Shown piece by piece: positions 57,806 to 64,000 of a DNA stretch of 64,000 nt (its first letter is position 1; the number at the start of each line of letters is the position of its first letter). The notes beneath the pieces are model-generated. The model saw only the letters and a program-made list of their open reading frames with translations, ran no database searches and was not told where the DNA came from. The stretch is taken from positions 14,595 through 78,594 of the forward strand of contig CAZDVD010000010.1 of assembly GCA_964508765.1 (NCBI GenBank), written 5' to 3'. The translations under genes were made by a program, and so were the position numbers. The stretch is from an uncultured Lentisphaeria bacterium. GTDB taxonomy: Bacteria > Fidelibacterota > UBA8477 > JABMPR01.

Positions 57806-60627
57806 ATATTTATTCTAAATCCCATTTCGATTTTTCGGGGCTCACTGTAATAACCGGGATTAAGGAAGTACTTTTTAACAGAATTAATGGGTGTCGCAAT
57901 ATTATTGGTCTCCACTCGATCTATATCGTTGGTAAATCCAGCTCTTCCTGTGTCATTGAACACAACCAATTCATTTTTTCGATCTAATACGTTTTTGACT
58001 TTAATGAATATCTCCGGGGTAAATCTATGCCAAGGAACCTGCCAGTATCCATGCAAATCGAGGTTAAATGTAGTCGGTTTTATTTCTGAATTAGTTAGTA
58101 GCGATGTAATATCTTCCGACAAACGAGGCGTATATGGTAATCCGCTACCGTACCGGCCTAGGGCAATAAGGCCATAACCATCTGAACTGTTGAATCCCAA
58201 TCTAGCATTTATTGTATGGCGCTGATCCCAGTCCAACGGATTAATCTGAATCTCAGGTTCCGCTCCACCCGCTACAGCATTACGAAAAGCATCTGGATCA
58301 CTCGCTGTTCCTTCCACTATTTGAAACGTATAGTCGAGATTTGCAAACCATCCTTTAAGATTTCGTTGATTCAGAACAAGAGTCATTCCTTTAACCACAC
58401 CAAAGTCACTGTTCATAAGGCGACTATATCTGGCAAAATTCCCAAAGACATTAATTTCTTCAGCGCGTGTTCCTGTAAGATCTCGGATATCCTTTAGGAA
58501 GATCGTTAAATCCAAAGCAACATTTGGCGTTAATTGTTGTTGAAGACCAATTTCACCCGCAATCGTCTTCTCTGGATTGAGGTCAGCGTTGCCTATAATG
58601 CCAACATTGCCTGTTCTTCCCCCAAATTGAAATTCTGGATTACGATAAAGATGCTCATAATTCGGAATCTGGAAAAAGTGGCCATATGAAAAATGAAAGA
58701 CACCCTGATCGCTGATTGGAAAAGAAATTCCAATACGCGGACTTATCATTTGTTTTGCTGTGGCAGCTGAATACCAGTATTCCTTGCGCTGATCAATACT
58801 CACAAGGGGCTCATCAGGATTCTGATACCCACTCCCATCGAGGTCGAAGTATATATTATCAGGTCGAATAGGGTTGTAAATATCGGGGTCAGTTGGATCA
58901 CTTAAAATAACGCCATCGGGTTCAAAATAATCCCAACGAACTCCAATGTTCATGACTAATTCATCATATTCAATTTTATCCTGAAGAAATGATGATATTT
59001 CAACGGGGTTATTCTGTGACAAACTACTATAAAGCAAACTTGTTGGATTGATTGTCGGGTGGATATATGGTGAAAATGCCGTTGGTACATCCACGCTAAA
59101 ATCGACATAGTAATCACCTTGGGACGGTCTAATTTCGAAATCCCGAATCCAGATTCTATTCCTCTTCCAATCAAACCCAGTTTTTAATTGGTGGTGAGTG
59201 TTAATTTGCGATGTAAAGTTAAATTTTAAGTAATTTGAACTACTCTCCCTCCGATAATGGTCGTTTTCAGTACCGCCAACATGAAATTGATAGGCAAAAC
59301 GATCCAAATAATAAGAATGTACGTACGTTGTGCTGTCGCTATTTGCACTCTTTGAAGAAAGTCGTCTCATGTAGGATCGGTCGCTTGAGGAATAAGCAAT
59401 ATCAAAATAACTATTTAGTGAAAGTTGCTTTTGTAGCTGCACGATATTTGTAATTCCAGTGATTTGCGTTGGAGCAAGACCGCTGGGATTATAATAAAAC
59501 AAATGATCGCCATTCTCGAAATCTCGCAGTTCCTCGTCATCATAATAATAGCTATAGGTAAGATGAGAAGAATTTGAAAGTCTGTATTGTAGTTTACCCT
59601 GAAAATATATTTGTTCTCTACTATTCATGGATTTCCATTGTTGATCTCCCAGCATCGTAGTTGAATCATGAATCACTAATTCATAATCTTCATTGTAATA
59701 TGCTACTGCATTAGGAAGAAATTTCTGTTCACCAAAAATCCAACCATCTGACTTATGTATTTTTGCATTCACTGAGAAGAAAAGTTGATCCTTGAGTAGT
59801 GGACCATAAAGACTTCCTTCATAGTTGGATATTGCAATCGGATCGAACTGACTAATATGTGGATAAATAGCTGAATGGTTACTCAAGTGCCCGCCGGTGT
59901 AACTTTCGACTGAGCCACCCAATTTATTGCTCCCAGCGCGTGTAACAATATTTACAACCCCAGACATTACGTTGCCATACTCAGCATTGAAAGCACCTGA
60001 TATAACCTGTAACTCTTGCACCATATTCTTATTCACATTCACCGTAGATTCTCGGTTATATGCATCCGTTACAGGTATCCCATCTATCAAATATGCGACC
60101 TCGCCAACTCGACCACCGCGCAGGCTGCCATCAACAAATCCAGCCTGCATCTCTATTGCTTCACTCAATTCACTGATTGGAAGCTGTTTCATCTCTTCAG
60201 CGCTAATTATTGCTATTGAGGACGTCAGATCTTTTTGAATCATGGGTTTGACCGCAGTAACGGTGACAGCTTCACCTTCAATTGACTGCATCGACATTTC
60301 GATGTCTATCTGCTGGGTCAGGTCAATTGAAATTTCAACTCCACTCATGTTCACACTTTGATAGCCAATCATAGAGAATGCAACTGTGTAGACTCCTGGC
60401 GGAACATTCAGAATAGCATAGTAACCATTGGCATCGCTTGCAGCTCCAAGATTGCTACCTTTTAGGATGACATTACATCCATAGAGCACTTGCCCATCAG
60501 CTTTATCAATAATACGACCAACTATTTTTCCGCTAACACCACCAAATAATTGAATATTGATTCCGACAAAGATAATCAAAAGGATTGTAAGTCTCTTACA
60601 TCTCCAACAATACTTTTCAGCTTGCAC
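57802..60627 (-). CDS. TonB-dependent receptor with a carboxypeptidase-regulatory-like N-domain, paralog of 23756-26425
   Basis: GTG start (uncertain). GKIVGRIIDKADGQVLYGCNVILKG...GYYAILNVPPGVYTVAFSMIGYQ. VAYLIDGIPVTDAYN. ISGAFNAEYGNVMSGVVNIVTR. SPRIGISFPISDQGVFHFSYGHFFQIPNYEHLY. The stop overlaps the next ATG (ATGA at 57802-57805). Confidence 0.9.
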   Translation of the reverse strand: MQAEKYCWRCKRLTILLIIFVGINIQLFGGVSGKIVGRIIDKADGQVLYGCNVILKGSNLGAASDANGYYAILNVPPGVYTVAFSMIGYQSVNMSGVEISIDLTQQIDIEMSMQSIEGEAVTVTAVKPMIQKDLTSSIAIISAEEMKQLPISELSEAIEMQAGFVDGSLRGGRVGEVAYLIDGIPVTDAYNRESTVNVNKNMVQELQVISGAFNAEYGNVMSGVVNIVTRAGSNKLGGSVESYTGGHLSNHSAIYPHISQFDPIAISNYEGSLYGPLLKDQLFFSVNAKIHKSDGWIFGEQKFLPNAVAYYNEDYELVIHDSTTMLGDQQWKSMNSREQIYFQGKLQYRLSNSSHLTYSYYYDDEELRDFENGDHLFYYNPSGLAPTQITGITNIVQLQKQLSLNSYFDIAYSSSDRSYMRRLSSKSANSDSTTYVHSYYLDRFAYQFHVGGTENDHYRRESSSNYLKFNFTSQINTHHQLKTGFDWKRNRIWIRDFEIRPSQGDYYVDFSVDVPTAFSPYIHPTINPTSLLYSSLSQNNPVEISSFLQDKIEYDELVMNIGVRWDYFEPDGVILSDPTDPDIYNPIRPDNIYFDLDGSGYQNPDEPLVSIDQRKEYWYSAATAKQMISPRIGISFPISDQGVFHFSYGHFFQIPNYEHLYRNPEFQFGGRTGNVGIIGNADLNPEKTIAGEIGLQQQLTPNVALDLTIFLKDIRDLTGTRAEEINVFGNFARYSRLMNSDFGVVKGMTLVLNQRNLKGWFANLDYTFQIVEGTASDPDAFRNAVAGGAEPEIQINPLDWDQRHTINARLGFNSSDGYGLIALGRYGSGLPYTPRLSEDITSLLTNSEIKPTTFNLDLHGYWQVPWHRFTPEIFIKVKNVLDRKNELVVFNDTGRAGFTNDIDRVETNNIATPINSVKKYFLNPGYYSEPRKIEMGFRINI

Positions 60628-60729
60628 TCTAATTTTTTCCTACTATTTCACTCAAAAGAGCGACCTAAGTATATTTGTTACATCTAACTTAAGTACTTAG
60701 GTACTAATTTGGTATGAGAAAACTGTGAA

Positions 60730-60764
60730 GTAAGGCGACACACATATCGTAGATGTCGCCTTAC
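60730..60764 (-). terminator. Hairpin downstream of the 529-aa gene (possible terminator/attenuator ahead of the TBDR gene)
   Basis: A 10-bp stem, GTAAGGCGAC / GTCGCCTTAC, 15 nt after the stop at 60779. The minus-strand tail TTCACAGTTTTCTC is weakly U-rich. Confidence 0.5.
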
Positions 60765-60778
60765 ACCAATATTGACCT

Positions 60779-62368
60779 CTATTTTAAAAGCATCATCTTT
60801 ATCACTTGTATGGATGTTTCAGTACTCAAGCGGCAAAAATAAACACCGCTAGAAAGTTGCAATTGTGACGCATTAAGTTGAAGATGGTAATTGCCAGCGC
60901 CCTGAAACTTCTGAACCAGTGTTCCCTCTTCAACCCCAAGTGCATTAAATACTTTCAGTTCGACATACTGATCAGAATGCAGCTCATACTCTATCGTAGT
61001 TGTAGGATTGAAAGGATTCGGATAATTCTGGCGCAAAGAATTTTGTTTTGGTAAATTGTCGATATCAGTTTCAATCGCTGTTTGAGGTGGAAAACTATTT
61101 AGGCTATCACCATCAAAATTAAAATAATCCATTATTTCAGCTGTTGCCTCGTCCCGTAGCAAATTTGTCCAATGATGACGATCGCTGTAAACGAATTCAT
61201 TCTCAAATACAGCACCGGATTCGACTGTAACGTCCTCTGCACCCGGATAATACATGGAGTATTTATACATTCTGATACCACCCTCAGTCCCAGCCGCATA
61301 CGTAACATTCCGTGACCATATGTTGTCATTCGCTATTATGTCGCCATTGCTGCCATTATCATTTAGCATTAGCATTGTCGGTGATGTTGTGGGATCAATA
61401 GTTGCGGTGTCATCCAGTGTCCAATTGCCAGCCCATCGATCTGGTAACCAGTAGGAAGCTCCTTTTAAACCAACATGCGTGATAATTGACGGATCAACTA
61501 ATTCGAGATTATGACGATTTCGTGGGGTGCTCATATCTACCTGATACAGTAGTGTGACATCTTGGAGGAAGTTTCCCACTACAGGAAATATTGATGGTTT
61601 AAAAGTGTCCATCTCGATCGTACTTCCATCTGCAGTATATGTGTATTGTCGCTTTGTTGACACTTCCCAACCACCATAGTTCTGATACTTTTCTCCAGGA
61701 CCAGCTTTCACTTTCCAACCGGTTGTACCTCCAGTAACACCCCTCACAGTAACTGTACAGGTGTATAGAGCTGCGGAAAAGGGCACCTCAACTAAATAGC
61801 GGGATGCATCGCTAGAAGTAATACTTTCCCATATATTTTCATCAAAGCCATAAAGTTTTAACTCATCTGTGCTTGGATCAAAATAATCGTCCCCAGTACC
61901 AATAATATCAGATAAATCTGCCGTAAATATTAGCGTATTCTCAACATAATCATAAACAGTTACAACGCTATCTCTATCAAACCAAGCAACAGGCAAGATC
62001 GTTTCTGGACTTTGCAAAGTAAAAGTTCGATCAGGACCAGACTCCCAAGGGTTACCCTGGTTGATTTGGAATTTGTACATAAAACTTTGTCCAACGGCAG
62101 TATCCGCCATAGCTACGGTAATCGTATAAATACTGTCCAGGTCATCATCACTCAGCGCTGGGATGGTCCAGCTCCAGTCACCTCCGAGACCTGTTTCGGA
62201 AACAAAGTTCCCATTGATAGTCACGCTATCTGTGGCCGGATTAAATAATTCCTCCTGAGCTCTGACTCCCATATTAACCCTAAAAGTTAGAGGAATCTCT
62301 GCGAATACATTAACTACAAAAACCATGCTGATTAATGTTAATGCAAATAGTAATTTTGATTTCATCAC
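60779..62368 (-). CDS. Secreted multi-module beta-sandwich (CBM-like) protein with a T9SS CTD
   Basis: Signal peptide MMKSKLLFALTLISMVFVVNVFAE. Modules begin LTFRVNMGV...DSVTINGNF...GDWS and LLYQVDMSTP.... CTD RQNYPNPFNPTTTIEYEL...GVYFCRLSTETSIQVIKMMLLK. Confidence 0.7.
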   Translation of the reverse strand: MMKSKLLFALTLISMVFVVNVFAEIPLTFRVNMGVRAQEELFNPATDSVTINGNFVSETGLGGDWSWTIPALSDDDLDSIYTITVAMADTAVGQSFMYKFQINQGNPWESGPDRTFTLQSPETILPVAWFDRDSVVTVYDYVENTLIFTADLSDIIGTGDDYFDPSTDELKLYGFDENIWESITSSDASRYLVEVPFSAALYTCTVTVRGVTGGTTGWKVKAGPGEKYQNYGGWEVSTKRQYTYTADGSTIEMDTFKPSIFPVVGNFLQDVTLLYQVDMSTPRNRHNLELVDPSIITHVGLKGASYWLPDRWAGNWTLDDTATIDPTTSPTMLMLNDNGSNGDIIANDNIWSRNVTYAAGTEGGIRMYKYSMYYPGAEDVTVESGAVFENEFVYSDRHHWTNLLRDEATAEIMDYFNFDGDSLNSFPPQTAIETDIDNLPKQNSLRQNYPNPFNPTTTIEYELHSDQYVELKVFNALGVEEGTLVQKFQGAGNYHLQLNASQLQLSSGVYFCRLSTETSIQVIKMMLLK

Positions 62369-62383
62369 TATCCCTTCCTTTTT

Positions 62384-63808
62384 TTACTGTTTTATACTCA
62401 GATTTTTAGTCCTGGAGTAGCGTCTGAGTATTTTGTTTGTCACTCCAGAAACGTAAGATTTACGATCAATTAGACATATTAGATATACGCTCAAACAATT
62501 GTAAAGTAGGGAGATTGAAAAAAACTGCATCAAGTGATCCTGATAGGCCGTGCCTGAAAATAGTATTCGGGCTATTAGTATTTCTGATAACCATCCCCAA
62601 CTAAGTGAAAAATTGATAGATTTTATTGATCTATTTGGTTCAATAATAGAATTCAAGAATACTGCTAAAACCGGAATTGAGAATCCGATACATATCGTCA
62701 ATAGTATTTTCAATATCGAATAATTAATAAAGGGGGAAAGCCAGGTAAGCAGAAGTGCAATGACTGTCGAGAGCGCTATTGTTAAGCGACGAACCAAGAT
62801 CAAAACACCATCGGTGGTTGTCTCCCTGTATTTTATTTTGAAAATGTGGGATGCTACGACGTGAGATGTAGACCAAAAGACTGACATTAGGCCAAACATG
62901 CACACACCGCTAATAATAATAAATAAAAAGCCGTTAAACTTAAATTGATAATTTATGGCATTGTTCGTATTAGTAACATAAAAACCTTGACTCATTATAA
63001 TTGAGAAGAAATAAAAACCAGCAAGAGCCATGGCTCCCAAACTCAGTATTTTGCTGTTAACTCCGTGGGATGAGTTTTTGGCGGTCAAGTCACGATGGTT
63101 TCCAACATCACCTATCCAGATGCTGCTCAGAACTATACCTAGCAGAGTAATTACCCAGGGTTCAATAGTGACCACAGGCTCAGATGGTGCAGAAATTAAG
63201 TTTTTGAATTGTAGAATCTGTGCTCCAGAATTCCAAATAGAAAGAATCACCAAACTTATTGATACACCTAATCCAACAACTAATCCGACCCGGATAAATC
63301 CTGTCCGCCCTAGCGACATAAGACCTACTCCTGAAATCGTGATTAATAAAACTAAAATTACAAACGAATAACTTTTATACATGGATTCGAATAAGTAAAA
63401 ATAAGTAAAAATAAGTATGGGGAGCTTCAGGCCAAGATTGACCAGAATTTCGAAGGTGTTGTACATACCGCTTTCGGCAAAATGTCTTCCTCCGTATCGC
63501 GTGGATACGGATTTTGATTTCATATTTGCGTGAAATTGACCATAGACAACAAAGGAGGTTATTCCAACGACTCCCCATAGATATGCATTTTCTAAAGTAC
63601 TCAATGTGTAATGTTTCATAAATAGAATAATTGGTAATATATATGGTAATGTTGAAGCGGATACCCACAGCAAGCGCCTATATTTTGGTGGCCACTCATG
63701 TTGTCGAAAGAAAGGTATTTGGATAGCAGTTGCTAAGTTCACAAAGATAACACTCAGAAAAAAAAGAACCACAGCGACAATGCTTATTGCTAAAAATGTA
63801 GTTGGCAT
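62384..63808 (-). CDS. Polytopic membrane protein (about 12-13 TM), unknown family
   Basis: A 474-aa, strongly hydrophobic, AT-rich ORF that ends 15 bp before the 529-aa gene. I saw no recognisable transporter signature. Confidence 0.5.
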   Translation of the reverse strand: MPTTFLAISIVAVVLFFLSVIFVNLATAIQIPFFRQHEWPPKYRRLLWVSASTLPYILPIILFMKHYTLSTLENAYLWGVVGITSFVVYGQFHANMKSKSVSTRYGGRHFAESGMYNTFEILVNLGLKLPILIFTYFYLFESMYKSYSFVILVLLITISGVGLMSLGRTGFIRVGLVVGLGVSISLVILSIWNSGAQILQFKNLISAPSEPVVTIEPWVITLLGIVLSSIWIGDVGNHRDLTAKNSSHGVNSKILSLGAMALAGFYFFSIIMSQGFYVTNTNNAINYQFKFNGFLFIIISGVCMFGLMSVFWSTSHVVASHIFKIKYRETTTDGVLILVRRLTIALSTVIALLLTWLSPFINYSILKILLTICIGFSIPVLAVFLNSIIEPNRSIKSINFSLSWGWLSEILIARILFSGTAYQDHLMQFFSISLLYNCLSVYLICLIDRKSYVSGVTNKILRRYSRTKNLSIKQ

Positions 63809-64000
63809 GAATCACAATTGGACAAAGATCAAGCCAAAAAAGAGGGGGCTCATTTAAAGGCGATATAATCCGCTATACAAACCATTTACAGGGAATTATT
63901 GATGAAATATCCCCTTGATATCTAAGGAAAGAATTTTATCTGGCTGATAAAATTTTATCATTTTTATGACTACTAATGATTTTAAAACTTAACTGATCCA

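Overview
This 64-kb window looks like it comes from an uncultivated, probably marine, FCB-type bacterium. That is an inference: about a dozen proteins end in a ..NPFNP.TTI.. T9SS type-A-like sorting domain (CTD), the TonB-dependent receptors carry carboxypeptidase-regulatory N-domains, PorV-like barrels are present, and no SusD is seen.

Layout:
- (i) 1-9.4 kb, plus strand: a phosphorylase-like gene fragment, cytoplasmic GH3, a GH17-like lipoprotein and two CBM-rich CTD cargo proteins. One of these is a 1329-aa mosaic with near-identical internal repeats.
- (ii) 9.4-29.5 kb, minus strand: a tightly packed array of about 20 kb. Order is LacI regulator, CBM9-like cargo, TonB-dependent receptor (TBDR), 1100-aa Ca-binding protein, PorV-like barrel, GH94 phosphorylase, two GH144-like proteins, and an ABC binding protein plus two permeases. 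It ends in a decayed ABC ATPase relic.
- (iii) 29.5-42.8 kb: a mixed segment. It holds a truncated cargo relic, an HTCS-like sensor kinase without receiver or output domains, a beta-helix plus C13-peptidase cargo and a CTD-only miniprotein. It also holds a 7-blade FG-GAP cargo, a duplicated promoter/leader block and a tandem pair of DUF1670-like HTH proteins.
- (iv) 42.8-63.8 kb, minus strand: an alpha-glucan locus (GH13, GH97, Na+/solute symporter, GH31) preceded by a second TBDR / 1303-aa protein / PorV-like triad.

I saw no rRNA, tRNA, CRISPR array or recognisable transposase. The strongest candidate for an undescribed system is the twice-occurring outer-membrane triad (TBDR + giant Ca-binding CTD protein + PorV/FadL-like barrel), which sits where SusC/SusD would sit in a Bacteroidetes PUL. 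All family calls come from motif recognition by eye and need HMM confirmation.
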